Positions 38,378 to 47,504 of a DNA stretch of 64,000 nucleotides are shown piece by piece (positions within the stretch are counted from its first letter, which is position 1; each line of letters begins with the position of its first letter). The DNA comes from Escherichia phage HP3.2. The DNA lies in the sequence record OP978391.1, one strand, 5' to 3'. The notes under the pieces are model-generated. The model was given only the letters and a program-made list of their open reading frames with translations. It was not told where the DNA came from and searched no databases. The translations under genes were made by a program, and so were the position numbers.

Positions 38378-38839
38378 TCATTGAGTTTTAATTACTGCTT
38401 TAGAAGCCTTTCCTGGTAAACGACGACTATTGATAATTGCCATCCTGCATTGAAGCGACGGGTCTTTGAACTTCGCATTAGGTTTACAAACTGTAAATCC
38501 AAGCCAAAGATTTCCATCTGTGATTTCTAAACGTCCAGGACGGTATTCAACCCCATCAATAAAATCCTCATCAATGTCAGGACGCGGAGGCATACTCAGG
38601 AATTCATTAACTTCTAAAACATGGTCTTTTATTTTGTGGAATAATTCAAAAACATATGTCTCATCAATCTCCCGTTGAATTGCACGATCAAGAAGATGCT
38701 GAGAATATTTTAGATGAAACGATGAGACCCCTGCTGCTTTTGATGCCTCACGAATCTCATTGTTAATTTGACGAAACTCCGACTCAAAGTGACGACGAAG
38801 CTTATTTCGACGGATAAAAACTTCTGTGTTGATAGTCAT
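38378..38839 (-). CDS. regB: RegB endoribonuclease (153 aa)
   Basis: 153 aa; sequence MTINTEVFIRRNKLRRHFESEFRQINNEIREASKAAGV... agrees with T4 RegB. Confidence 0.85.
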   Translation of the reverse strand: MTINTEVFIRRNKLRRHFESEFRQINNEIREASKAAGVSSFHLKYSQHLLDRAIQREIDETYVFELFHKIKDHVLEVNEFLSMPPRPDIDEDFIDGVEYRPGRLEITDGNLWLGFTVCKPNAKFKDPSLQCRMAIINSRRLPGKASKAVIKTQ

Positions 38840-38844
38840 GTTAT

Positions 38845-38898
38845 TCTCCTCTTAACTGATAGAAAAATTATACCACAGTCAAGAGGAAAAGTAAACAG
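38845..38898 (-). promoter_or_regulatory. T4-type early promoter for regB
   Basis: Minus strand GTTTAC-17 nt-GTATAAT, canonical spacing, upstream of regB ATG. Confidence 0.7.
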
Positions 38899-39177
38899 TT
38901 ATTCTTTAAATCTAATCAATTTATTCATAGACTTTGAAACTTCGGCACGAACCTCATGTAGATTTTTGAGCTGTTCAAGACGCTGCGTATAGTAAGCAAT
39001 TTCATCTTCTTCGAGACAGTCCTGTGAATCTTCTTTAAGATACCGTGCATAGTCCTGGAAAGCGTTACGGACTACTTCCTGGAAGTCATCAAGACTTTGA
39101 ATTTTCTTAGGAGCAGCAGACACACGACGAGGGGCAGTATAATACTCATAACCAAACCCTGCGCTTAATTGAGCCAT
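38899..39177 (-). CDS. Hypothetical protein (ca. 92 aa)
   Basis: Start taken at [13 protein letters not shown]. Confidence 0.5.
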   Translation of the reverse strand: MAQLSAGFGYEYYTAPRRVSAAPKKIQSLDDFQEVVRNAFQDYARYLKEDSQDCLEEDEIAYYTQRLEQLKNLHEVRAEVSKSMNKLIRFKE

Positions 39178-39443
39178 TAGTATTTTTCCTCTGGTTGGAA
39201 CACAGCACGACAAGCCCACATACTGGCTTCTTTGAGTTTCGTTTTAGCAATAGCTAACTGATCGAGGCTTTCAGCATAATTCTTCGCGAGTTCAAAGTCT
39301 TCGCAATTATCTAGTGCTTCCCAGAATTCATCATATAAAGCATCAAAGATAAGTCCTAAACGAACTTCAGCGTCTTTAATAGCATTTACTTTACCGATTT
39401 TTTCGTCGGTATGTGGCTTATAACCTTTAATATCTTCAATCAT
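39177..39443 (-). CDS. Hypothetical protein (ca. 88 aa), at the vs.4 position
   Basis: Start taken at [11 protein letters not shown]; helical, acidic; positional only. Confidence 0.45.
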   Translation of the reverse strand: MIEDIKGYKPHTDEKIGKVNAIKDAEVRLGLIFDALYDEFWEALDNCEDFELAKNYAESLDQLAIAKTKLKEASMWACRAVFQPEEKY

Positions 39444-39657
39444 ATTTGACTTCCTCACCAGTACATAAATCGTATTCAACTAAACGAATAGGTTCATGAA
39501 TGCCATATCCCTGAACAGAAATTTCTGTCGTAGGATAAATTCCACTAATATCACCCATATTCCACGCTTCATTAAATTGCTGTTCGCCTGAATTACTAAA
39601 CCATTCTGCGAAAGCATTTAACACATCTTTAGAACCTTCAATAATTATCTTTGCCAT
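39436..39657 (-). CDS. Hypothetical protein (73 aa)
   Basis: Small ORF. Confidence 0.45.
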   Translation of the reverse strand: MAKIIIEGSKDVLNAFAEWFSNSGEQQFNEAWNMGDISGIYPTTEISVQGYGIHEPIRLVEYDLCTGEEVKYD

Positions 39658-40019
39658 TACAAGCTCTCAGTAAAGGTACGAGCGATAACGTCGCGCTGCT
39701 GTTCCGGAGTCAGAGAGTTAAAGCGAACTGCATAACCGGATACACGGATGGTCAGCTGCGGATATTTTTCCGGATGCTTAACTGCATCTTCCAGAGTTTC
39801 ACGACGCAGAACGTTAACGTTCAGGTGTTGACCACCTTCAATTTTAACTGTAGGCTGTGGCTCAATTTCAATTTCACGGGCATGCAAACCGTAGAAAATT
39901 TCTGGGTCTACAAAAGAGTCCTCTTTAAAGGTTTTAGAAACAATAATTCGTGCTTGAATACCATCTTCAAAATAAATAGTACCTTTATGCGTGCCTTCAA
40001 GAATTTGATATGCTTTCAT
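39657..40019 (-). CDS. GrcA/YfiD-like autonomous glycyl-radical cofactor protein (120 aa)
   Basis: C-terminus ...[33 protein letters not shown] carries the glycyl-radical motif RVSGY; 3' half visibly GC-richer than flanking phage DNA. Confidence 0.75.
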   Translation of the reverse strand: MKAYQILEGTHKGTIYFEDGIQARIIVSKTFKEDSFVDPEIFYGLHAREIEIEPQPTVKIEGGQHLNVNVLRRETLEDAVKHPEKYPQLTIRVSGYAVRFNSLTPEQQRDVIARTFTESL

Positions 40020-40025
40020 ATAACC

Positions 40026-40406
40026 TCAATTAGAAAATAAATTTATCCAAGACTGTTCTTTAATTAAAAATGGCTCAGAATCATATGCCATTAAACTTTG
40101 GGTGATTAGTCCTTTAAAAGGTCCATCAATAAATTCCATGGTAAAATATGGAATTTTATTCATTAATCTTGCATTAGGAGCAGTACACAAAACTCTGCAT
40201 CCTTTGAATACACCTTTTTGTAATTTGTATTGCTTAGGATAAAATTCGCTCAAGACGTTGTTATTTGCCAAAATTTCAAAATGATTCACCAATTTATTTT
40301 TAATAGTTTTTGGCGAAAAATAAAGATATTCGAAAAGCTGAGTGTCTGTCATCATTGCATTCCGATTACGAAAAACTGTGGACGAGTAATACCACCAATG
40401 CAACAT
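40026..40406 (-). CDS. Hypothetical protein (start uncertain, likely internal Met near 40355)
   Basis: ORF overlapping the 3' end of the upstream P-loop gene in another frame. Confidence 0.4.
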   Translation of the reverse strand: MLHWWYYSSTVFRNRNAMMTDTQLFEYLYFSPKTIKNKLVNHFEILANNNVLSEFYPKQYKLQKGVFKGCRVLCTAPNARLMNKIPYFTMEFIDGPFKGLITQSLMAYDSEPFLIKEQSWINLFSN

Positions 40407-40939
40407 TTAATATTACAGCAGCAGTGTACAGTGTCAATATGGACACTATAAATCTTATCCATATCAGGAGATTTGACAGGCTCATCAATTATATACAAAA
40501 TTCGCGAAAGCGATAAACCTCTGAACTTGCTTCCTTTATTACCAATAAAACTGCGCACAGAATCAGTAAATAAACGAAAACGTATATCATCATTAGAATA
40601 ACGCGAAAATTCCTTTTTAATATTATCTGCGGAAATTTTAGCGTAAGCTGAAGTATTAGAAAGAACAATAACTGTTCCACCGTCATACAACCAATTAGCG
40701 GCAAAATTAGTTACTGCAGTTGATTTACCAGATTGACGCCCACCATCTAGTCGAAGTGTACAATACTGTTTAAGTAAGTCTTCAAATGGCGGGATATATT
40801 CGTTTTTACAAATTTCTTCTACTCTAGCATCAGAATGGTGTGTAAAAGCATTCATCAGGGATAGATAAGGACCAGTTAAAAATGTTCTCATTTTGTTCTC
40901 TCTAGGTTTGGGCCATTCCATGGCGCATGAATTGTCCAT
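40352..40939 (-). CDS. P-loop NTPase-like protein (start uncertain, possibly MRTFLTG near 40891)
   Basis: Walker A DGGRQSGKST, Walker B-like RILYIIDEP; odd Cys-rich C-terminal tail HCCCNIKCC. Confidence 0.45.
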   Translation of the reverse strand: MDNSCAMEWPKPRENKMRTFLTGPYLSLMNAFTHHSDARVEEICKNEYIPPFEDLLKQYCTLRLDGGRQSGKSTAVTNFAANWLYDGGTVIVLSNTSAYAKISADNIKKEFSRYSNDDIRFRLFTDSVRSFIGNKGSKFRGLSLSRILYIIDEPVKSPDMDKIYSVHIDTVHCCCNIKCCIGGITRPQFFVIGMQ

Positions 40940-41036
40940 TTCTGTATTTACCCATTACCGCACTTGGGCTCGACCTTATTACAGGTTGGCGGGAATCCCT
41001 CACAGAATCATGAGGTCCAGGTTATTCCCATGTTAT

Positions 41037-41453
41037 TTAAATGTAAATATTTTTGCCGTAATACTTATACCAGTGTGGCTTCATTAAAATTTTTTCATCG
41101 AGTCGTTGTTGACTCAACTTAATAGCTGATTTGCATGGATTATAATCATTTTTCCATTCTACTGGAATATCGCTGATGTCAGGAACTTCAGTATCTTTTA
41201 TACTGAACCCGCGTTTTAAGCATTCCGTTATAATGTCCGATTGACGCTTTCGCAAAAATTCTAACTTATCGTAAAAGAAAGTAACATGACCAGAACCTAA
41301 AATAAATTTAGAAGATATTTTAAAATCTTTAACGCGCTTACCGTTTGCCACATGCTTACGAACTATACCAAAAACACGCGGCAATTCACGGTATTCTGCG
41401 ATTAAATGTTGATCAGCAAGTTCAGATACTAAAGTCAAATTAATACGAGTCAT
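41037..41453 (-). CDS. denV: Endonuclease V (pyrimidine-dimer DNA glycosylase), 138 aa
   Basis: 138 aa; N-terminus [29 protein letters not shown] agrees with T4 DenV. Confidence 0.85.
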   Translation of the reverse strand: MTRINLTLVSELADQHLIAEYRELPRVFGIVRKHVANGKRVKDFKISSKFILGSGHVTFFYDKLEFLRKRQSDIITECLKRGFSIKDTEVPDISDIPVEWKNDYNPCKSAIKLSQQRLDEKILMKPHWYKYYGKNIYI

Positions 41454-41455
41454 TT

Positions 41456-41512
41456 TATCCCTCCAAGTAACTGTGAATATACTATCACAATTCTAGGAGA
41501 AAGTAAACAACT
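41456..41512 (-). promoter_or_regulatory. T4-type early promoter for denV
   Basis: GTTTAC (plus 41503-41508) -17 nt- aTAGTAT in the 59-bp e-denV gap. Confidence 0.55.
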
Positions 41513-42043
<531 letters not shown>

Positions 42044-42499
42044 TTAAAAGAGGCTGTTCATTATTCGGTAAAGTGAAGGACCCATCACATATTGCCACTG
42101 AGTACGAGGAATAAGAGCAAAAGCATCCATCTCTGGAATCATAACGCCATCTTTATTTTCAAAATAAGACTCGCAATGGCAATTTCTAAACATCTCATGC
42201 TCTACTGGAATCGTATAATAAAATAACTGTAAGTCTTTATTACTAGAATATTTAAATACACCTAGGTCTTCTAGAAGGTCTGGATTATAATTGCTAAAAC
42301 CGGTCTCTTCTAAGCATTCTCTTTTTGCAGCTTCCAGTGCATTCAAATCAGAACTTTCTACACGTCCCTTTGGAATATCCCAGCGATGTGCCATCATTCC
42401 AGGCTTACGAGAACCAGTAACCCGACCCATAAATAAATCTTTATCTTCTGTCATGAAGATAATACCAGCTGATAATGTTTTCATTTTAATTTCCTGCAT
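42044..42499 (-). CDS. nudE: Nudix hydrolase NudE (151 aa)
   Basis: Nudix box GRVESSDLNALEAAKRECLEETGF; 151 aa. Confidence 0.8.
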   Translation of the reverse strand: MQEIKMKTLSAGIIFMTEDKDLFMGRVTGSRKPGMMAHRWDIPKGRVESSDLNALEAAKRECLEETGFSNYNPDLLEDLGVFKYSSNKDLQLFYYTIPVEHEMFRNCHCESYFENKDGVMIPEMDAFALIPRTQWQYVMGPSLYRIMNSLF

Positions 42500-42969
42500 T
42501 CAGTGATAAAGTTATTTAAATTTTGAGCATATTTCTTTTCATCAAAAATCTTTTGTTGTCTGCGTAAACGCCATGGCATTTCAATGAACATACGCCATAT
42601 TCCTGATAATACTGCTGCTGTAAAAATATTAACAAGTATAGTTAAAAGAACCCAATCTCCTATTCTGTCCATTGGATTTTTTATAAAAAAGTAAAATACG
42701 AACGATGATATAGGAAGACTAATGATATACCACAGAAGAACCTTCTTATCTGTGAACCAATCAGCATTCGTTAACTTAGCGCGACCGTTTTGAATACATA
42801 CGAACTTATCATCTGTTACAGTAAATGGCTTAGCTGCTTGATATCCCATTCTAAACTCCCTAATCAACAAATTTTTCATATCTTCGGAACAACCATTCCA
42901 GTCAACTCTATCAACTGAAATGCCATCATCCCCATCATCTAAATCATACCAGCGAGTTTTTAAAATCAT
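42481..42969 (-). CDS. Membrane protein (162 aa)
   Basis: Central hydrophobic helices LLWYIISLPISSFVFYFFI and VLLTILVNIFTAAVLSGIW. Confidence 0.5.
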   Translation of the reverse strand: MILKTRWYDLDDGDDGISVDRVDWNGCSEDMKNLLIREFRMGYQAAKPFTVTDDKFVCIQNGRAKLTNADWFTDKKVLLWYIISLPISSFVFYFFIKNPMDRIGDWVLLTILVNIFTAAVLSGIWRMFIEMPWRLRRQQKIFDEKKYAQNLNNFITECRKLK

Positions 42970-43328
42970 TTAATTTTCCTACAATCACTCACAAACTCTT
43001 TCATTGACTCATTTTCAATATAAGACATGTAGCTATTATATTCTTTTAATTGTATTTTGTAATCTTTTTTTCTTTGCCAATTTATTTTAAAATTATCATA
43101 ATGAAAATATAAAATGATACCAAAGAATGAAAACAATGAAATAATTTTAGTATAACAAAGCTCACTCCAAACTTCTGTTATATTTACTGTGCCGTCGATG
43201 TTTAAAATAAGACAGTCAATTAACAATCCAAAAAGACTACCTGCAAGAGCTGCAGCCAACGCCACAGCAAAAATTAAAAATGACTCAGAAAACGAATATT
43301 TGACTTTATTTAGTTTTGGCTTTTGCAT
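42966..43328 (-). CDS. Membrane protein (120 aa)
   Basis: Two hydrophobic helices (FLIFAVALAAALAGSLFGLLIDCLIL; IISLFSFFGIILYF). Confidence 0.5.
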   Translation of the reverse strand: MQKPKLNKVKYSFSESFLIFAVALAAALAGSLFGLLIDCLILNIDGTVNITEVWSELCYTKIISLFSFFGIILYFHYDNFKINWQRKKDYKIQLKEYNSYMSYIENESMKEFVSDCRKIK

Positions 43329-43723
43329 CGTGATTCCTTAACAAATTTCATAATTTCATCAAATTCATACGCAGCAAGTTTAAGCTGATGTTCCTTTTTA
43401 ATCTTTTTACACTGTGCTTTCCAATCACGTACGCGTTTACGATAATGCCTTCCTTGATACCAGTATCCTACCCAATTTACGGGTACTAATAAAAGTGGAA
43501 CTATTAATGGAAGAATTAGCATTAACACAAGTATTTCGCCAGAATCAATATCAGTCATAACATCTAAAACACCTCCAATAATCAATAGAATTACAAATGA
43601 TATGAGTATAACAGGACCTATTAACACATCAGTAGAAATTATCTGACGCTTTAATTCATACTTCAACGGTTTACTTGGAAGGTATAGTGATGGCTTTGAC
43701 ATATTCTCTACATTCCTTAACAA
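43310..43723 (-). CDS. Membrane protein (137 aa)
   Basis: Two hydrophobic helices (VLIGPVILISFVILLIIGGVL; ILVLMLILPLIVPLLLVPV), basic C-terminus. Confidence 0.5.
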   Translation of the reverse strand: MLRNVENMSKPSLYLPSKPLKYELKRQIISTDVLIGPVILISFVILLIIGGVLDVMTDIDSGEILVLMLILPLIVPLLLVPVNWVGYWYQGRHYRKRVRDWKAQCKKIKKEHQLKLAAYEFDEIMKFVKESRCKSQN

Positions 43724-44279
43724 ATTTTTCTAGTAATAAATCACTTTCAAAATTGGGATTTTCTACAAATTTATCAAAAAGATCATCAACAATAGTTAAG
43801 ATATTCTTTTTACTAAGAATACGTTTATTTTCATGCTTCGTTTCAGAATCAACTATAAGAGTAAAGAAATATTTCTTGCCCTGAAATTTTACAGTAGTAT
43901 CAATATAAAATAAATTTGACTTTTGTAAATTACGTTTAAACCATGCGTCACTTAAACTATAAACACCGAGATAATCAAAATCGTCGTTTAAATAACAAAC
44001 CGTCCATTCAGGAGAAATGAAATCAGTAAATTCAACATCAAAATCACACGTCAATGAATGAATTGATTCAATACTGTTAATGAGTATTCCAGGACGTATT
44101 AAAGACTTTTTACCTCTAGAAAATCTTCCGGAAAGGCTTTCATCAGTTTCATATGAAGACCCCCAATAGTAATTACGTCCTTCTGCCATGCGTTTAAGAG
44201 CATTTAGTAATTGGTCTGGAACATCAACCTGTCTTTGAAACTCTTCAAACATTGAATTGAAATCACTTTGCATTTTCAT
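43671..44279 (-). CDS. Hypothetical protein (202 aa)
   Basis: ORF following the terminator at 44300-44317. Confidence 0.5.
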   Translation of the reverse strand: MKMQSDFNSMFEEFQRQVDVPDQLLNALKRMAEGRNYYWGSSYETDESLSGRFSRGKKSLIRPGILINSIESIHSLTCDFDVEFTDFISPEWTVCYLNDDFDYLGVYSLSDAWFKRNLQKSNLFYIDTTVKFQGKKYFFTLIVDSETKHENKRILSKKNILTIVDDLFDKFVENPNFESDLLLEKFVKECREYVKAITIPSK

Positions 44280-44299
44280 TCCTATTTACTCCAAGTAAT

Positions 44300-44317
44300 A
44301 GGGGCCCGAAGCCCCTT
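44300..44317 (-). terminator. Intrinsic terminator
   Basis: AAGGGGC-UUCG-GGCCCCU hairpin on minus-strand RNA. Confidence 0.55.
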
Positions 44318-44321
44318 ATCA

Positions 44322-44915
44322 TTATTTCAGAGAATTAATATATTCCTGAACATCGGCAGAGGTAGTTTCAACCCCAGAAATATTACCATTAAAGGTTTCA
44401 ACTCGAGCAAGAGTATCTTCAATATCAACCTTAGTCAGTGCTGCAATTTCAACTACATCATCAGCAGTACTAATTCCAAGGGCATTCGCTGCACGAGTTT
44501 CACGGATATATTCCAATTTAACCGCAAGTTCTTGACGAGCATCATCTAACTCAACTACTTTCTTGGCGATTTCAATTCGCATTTCAGCATAACCGTCAGC
44601 CTTAGTAGTCAACTGCTCAGCTGTTCGACGATATAGTAAACCGAGTTTAGCATGCATTGTTACATCTTGGCCTTCGGAAAGAAGTTTACGAATTTCACGC
44701 TCTTTTGATTCGGCCTGTCGATTCTTTTCGATAACAAGTTCACGAATACGTTTTTCTTCGTTAATAGATTTAACAGAAGCAGTTTTTAGATCTTTAATTT
44801 TATCAAGTAGTTTTGCTGCTGCAGCAGTATACTGTTCTTCGACAGATAGATTTTTAGCCATAGCAGAACCAAGTTTAGTGCGAATAAACTCAACAATTTT
44901 CTTCAGTGTGTTCAT
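44322..44915 (-). CDS. Coiled-coil protein (197 aa)
   Basis: Extended heptad-rich helical sequence. Confidence 0.5.
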   Translation of the reverse strand: MNTLKKIVEFIRTKLGSAMAKNLSVEEQYTAAAAKLLDKIKDLKTASVKSINEEKRIRELVIEKNRQAESKEREIRKLLSEGQDVTMHAKLGLLYRRTAEQLTTKADGYAEMRIEIAKKVVELDDARQELAVKLEYIRETRAANALGISTADDVVEIAALTKVDIEDTLARVETFNGNISGVETTSADVQEYINSLK

Positions 44916-45016
44916 AGTATTTCCTTAGGTTAATTGAGATTTAAAATCCGTAGGAGTATAATACTCTATCGTCAAATTATAGGCTCATAATATCTCAATC
45001 ATGAGCCTGCGTAAAC

Positions 45017-45280
45017 TTATTTCATATTATTGAAATATTCTTCTGCGATTTCGTCGTTATCATGGTAAACTTTAGAAGACAGTTTAACATAACCTTCTGC
45101 TGTGAACATATTAATCACAACTTTTACAGTATACCACTGACCGTCTTCATTACCCATTACTGCGTAAGTTTCAAACATCGGATGATCAGGACCGATAACT
45201 TTAATATCATTCACTGTACGACCGAAATCTTCTGAAACGCATTTCATAAAGAAGTTGAACAGTTCGCCGTAATTATCCAT
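45017..45280 (-). CDS. Hypothetical protein (ca. 88 aa)
   Basis: Start taken at MDNYGELFNFF just after the early promoter; listed ORF extension is promoter read-through. Confidence 0.5.
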   Translation of the reverse strand: MDNYGELFNFFMKCVSEDFGRTVNDIKVIGPDHPMFETYAVMGNEDGQWYTVKVVINMFTAEGYVKLSSKVYHDNDEIAEEYFNNMK

Positions 45281-45299
45281 TTCATTCTCCAAGTTGTTT

Positions 45300-45385
45300 T
45301 CTGTATCAGTAGTTGATAGTTGTATAGTACCATGGAAGAACAGAGATGTAAACAGTTTTGTGAAAAAATTTTTAGGGAATTCTAG
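45300..45385 (-). promoter_or_regulatory. T4-type early promoter cassette
   Basis: About 75 bp nearly identical to 4401-4480, including GTTTAC (plus 45348-45353) and gTACTAT. Confidence 0.6.
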
Positions 45386-45509
45386 GGCAGGGATGGGCAA
45401 TTAAAGGATAGGATAATATATTATAAAGGGTATAAACTAAATGATGCCTAGAGAGGTCCAGAAAGGCCTAGATACCAAAAAGCCCTATCATTTAGATAGG
45501 GATTTAAAA

Positions 45510-46073
45510 TTATTTACCTAGTTTACTTATTATAGCTTCTGCAGCAGCTTTTAGCTTAGATGCAGTGTTAATACGATTTTTAATTTCAGTATACGCATCG
45601 CCAAGAACATCAAGGCTATCAGAATAAACACTTACACTATTGCGTTCGCTATTTGAAATAGAACCTTTAGTTTTGCGGTCAAAATCGGTGTACACGTCTT
45701 GAAGATCGCGGGCTGCCTTCTTTGCATCATCCAATGCATCAAGAGCTTTATTCAAAGCATTAACGTATTTTTTAGTGTCGAACATATTCTTAGAAATTTT
45801 AACAGGTGCGCGTTCAGGAGTAGCTAACACAGATTTAGGAACCTGAGCGCCAGATGCCAATTTCTTAGAAATTTTGAAAAATGCTTTATTGAATTTATTT
45901 TCTTGACTCATTGTAAAAGAACTATTATCGATGTTGTACATTTCAATAGCTTTAGCTTTCCACTTAAGAAAATCGCCGCGGTCTTTTGGGTCCAATTGGA
46001 AGAATACTTTAGTAAGATCTGCTTCAGATGGTAATTTTGCTGCTTCGGTTAAAAATTCGGCATAGGTTTTCAT
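45510..46073 (-). CDS. Internal-protein-like capsid-targeted protein (187 aa)
   Basis: N-terminus MKTYAEFLTE matches the T4 internal-protein capsid-targeting sequence (MKTYQEFIAE) with an LxE protease site. Confidence 0.6.
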   Translation of the reverse strand: MKTYAEFLTEAAKLPSEADLTKVFFQLDPKDRGDFLKWKAKAIEMYNIDNSSFTMSQENKFNKAFFKISKKLASGAQVPKSVLATPERAPVKISKNMFDTKKYVNALNKALDALDDAKKAARDLQDVYTDFDRKTKGSISNSERNSVSVYSDSLDVLGDAYTEIKNRINTASKLKAAAEAIISKLGK

Positions 46074-46168
46074 TTAAAATCCTTGAAATAATTTATCGGT
46101 TGGTTATTAATTATTTATTACTTTGTTACTATCCGTAACAGCGTTATCCGAGTGATTCAAACTAAAAA

Positions 46169-46192
46169 GCCCCAACCTTTCGGTCGGGGCTA
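46169..46192 (-). terminator. Intrinsic terminator
   Basis: GCCCCGACC-GAAA-GGUUGGGGC hairpin followed by UUUUU on minus-strand RNA; same element repeated at 46725-46748. Confidence 0.65.
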
Positions 46193-46198
46193 AGAATG

Positions 46199-46672
46199 TC
46201 ATTTGATTTGTTTAGCAGACCAAATGCGGTCTTTAATAATTTTTTGGATGTCTTCAACATACTCAAGAGAGTGAACATGTGGATTATCTTTGAAACTATA
46301 AGCACGGGCTAACTTTTGGCCTTCGGTTTTGATTACTAAAAGCTCTTTAAGGATAGCTTCATATTTAGCGATAATTCCTTTAACGATATTTTTTTCTTGT
46401 GCCGCTTTAGGATCTGCTTTAGGAGCAGGTTTACCCGAAGCCTTTGCAAAAGCAGCGCCAGTAGCAACTAAACTTTTCCAGGCCATACTAACTGCATTTC
46501 CCGTAAATCCTTCCGCTTTCATGTCGCGTGCAAACTGGAATCGCGATTCATCAGAAGCATCTTTATAGGAATATTTACCCGCGGCAATGGCAGCTTTTGC
46601 AACAGCTTGAATTTCGGTGCTAGATGCTTCATTTAACACCGCTTCATTTAAAAATTGAGTATATGATTTCAT
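46199..46672 (-). CDS. Internal-protein-like capsid-targeted protein (157 aa)
   Basis: Start at ATG 46672 gives MKSYTQFLNEAVLNE (CTS-like); paralogous N-terminus to 45510-46073; listed ORF extension is read-through. Confidence 0.6.
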   Translation of the reverse strand: MKSYTQFLNEAVLNEASSTEIQAVAKAAIAAGKYSYKDASDESRFQFARDMKAEGFTGNAVSMAWKSLVATGAAFAKASGKPAPKADPKAAQEKNIVKGIIAKYEAILKELLVIKTEGQKLARAYSFKDNPHVHSLEYVEDIQKIIKDRIWSAKQIK

Positions 46673-46724
46673 CTTATTTCCTATTTTAATTTGTAGATTT
46701 AATATACTAATATTTATACCAAAA

Positions 46725-46748
46725 AGCCCCAACCTTTCGGTCGGGGCT
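46725..46748 (-). terminator. Intrinsic terminator after the stable-RNA region
   Basis: GCCCCGACC-GAAA-GGUUGGGGC + UUUUU on minus-strand RNA. Confidence 0.65.
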
Positions 46749-46749
46749 A

Positions 46750-47055
46750 AGCCTTGCGGCAACCTTGTCGGGGTTCCACCTGCTAAGGCAAGTGTTTGTA
46801 CGAAACGCCGGGATTCGAACCCGGTTATTAAGTAGTTGACGCTACTCAATATTTTTAAAAGGCCATATCTCGACCATATCCGAACGTTCCGTCAAAAACG
46901 CTACTCGGCTTACGGCAAAGATATTTCCTCGAATCGATAATTCGGTGCGCCGTTTCTGCTGTGATAGTAAAGAGCCAGAACACAGTAAAACTGTGGGAGG
47001 AAACTATACTCCAGGGAACATCAGTCCGACGACTTACCGGTAGCGACCCGGTTTC
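46750..47055 (-). ncRNA. Small stable RNA region with tRNA-like 3' domain (resembles T4 tRNA-cluster-associated species RNAs)
   Basis: No ORF over ca. 300 nt; minus strand has acceptor CGGAACG/CGUUUCG plus canonical T-arm CCGGG-UUCGAAU-CCCGG (46800-46891) and local hairpins CACAG-UUUUA-CUGUG, CGAAU-UAUCG-AUUCG. Confidence 0.45.
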
Positions 47056-47406
47056 TTAATATTCTTTTAAAGAATCAATATATTCACGGCGTTTACGCCA
47101 CAAATCAATTGCTTCATACGCGGATTCAGCATTTCGAATTAGCCGGCATTTATGTAAAGACTTATGATTTTGATATTGTGTAGATAACGGAATTGTATCT
47201 AAAAGGTCTTTACGATCAAAATATTTGTAACCATCTAAACCAAATGAACGATTTTTGAGAAATTGCCAATGACCATATTCGTTTTCGACATAAACATAAT
47301 CTGCATGCTGATAAAGCAAATTAATTACACGTTCAGAAATAACAGTATCATTATGATTAAAATAGAATGTTAAATCATGAACTACTAAATAAACATTACC
47401 TTTCAT
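47056..47406 (-). CDS. Hypothetical protein (116 aa) within the tRNA region
   Basis: ORF between tRNA-Arg and the stable-RNA region. Confidence 0.5.
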   Translation of the reverse strand: MKGNVYLVVHDLTFYFNHNDTVISERVINLLYQHADYVYVENEYGHWQFLKNRSFGLDGYKYFDRKDLLDTIPLSTQYQNHKSLHKCRLIRNAESAYEAIDLWRKRREYIDSLKEY

Positions 47407-47424
47407 ATTTTCCTCACTTATAAT

Positions 47425-47500
47425 TGGTCGAGGCAGTAGGGATCGAACCTACGACCTAGGACTTAGAAGGTCCTTGCTCTTCCTTCTGAGCTATGCCCCG
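47425..47500 (-). tRNA. tRNA-Arg (anticodon UCU)
   Basis: Hand-folded cloverleaf: acceptor CGGGGCA/UGCCUCG, anticodon loop CUUCUAA, T-loop UUCGAUC, encoded CCA. Confidence 0.8.
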
Positions 47501-47504
47501 TAAT

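Noticed and set aside
44322-44915. PspA/IM30-like assignment for the 197-aa coiled-coil protein
   Set aside because: Similarity is limited to general coiled-coil character; no specific PspA motifs could be aligned by eye.
46673-46849. N-terminal extension of the listed 216-aa ORF (also 31039-31206 and 45281-45400 for the 378-aa and 127-aa ORFs)
   Set aside because: The extensions run through terminator hairpins and early-promoter cassettes; the real starts are the ATGs just downstream of the promoters (MKSYTQ..., MKTVTI..., MDNYGE...).
46800-46891. Possible twelfth canonical tRNA
   Set aside because: Acceptor and T-arm are tRNA-like but the anticodon region does not form a standard 5-bp stem with a 7-nt loop; treated as part of a stable species RNA instead.
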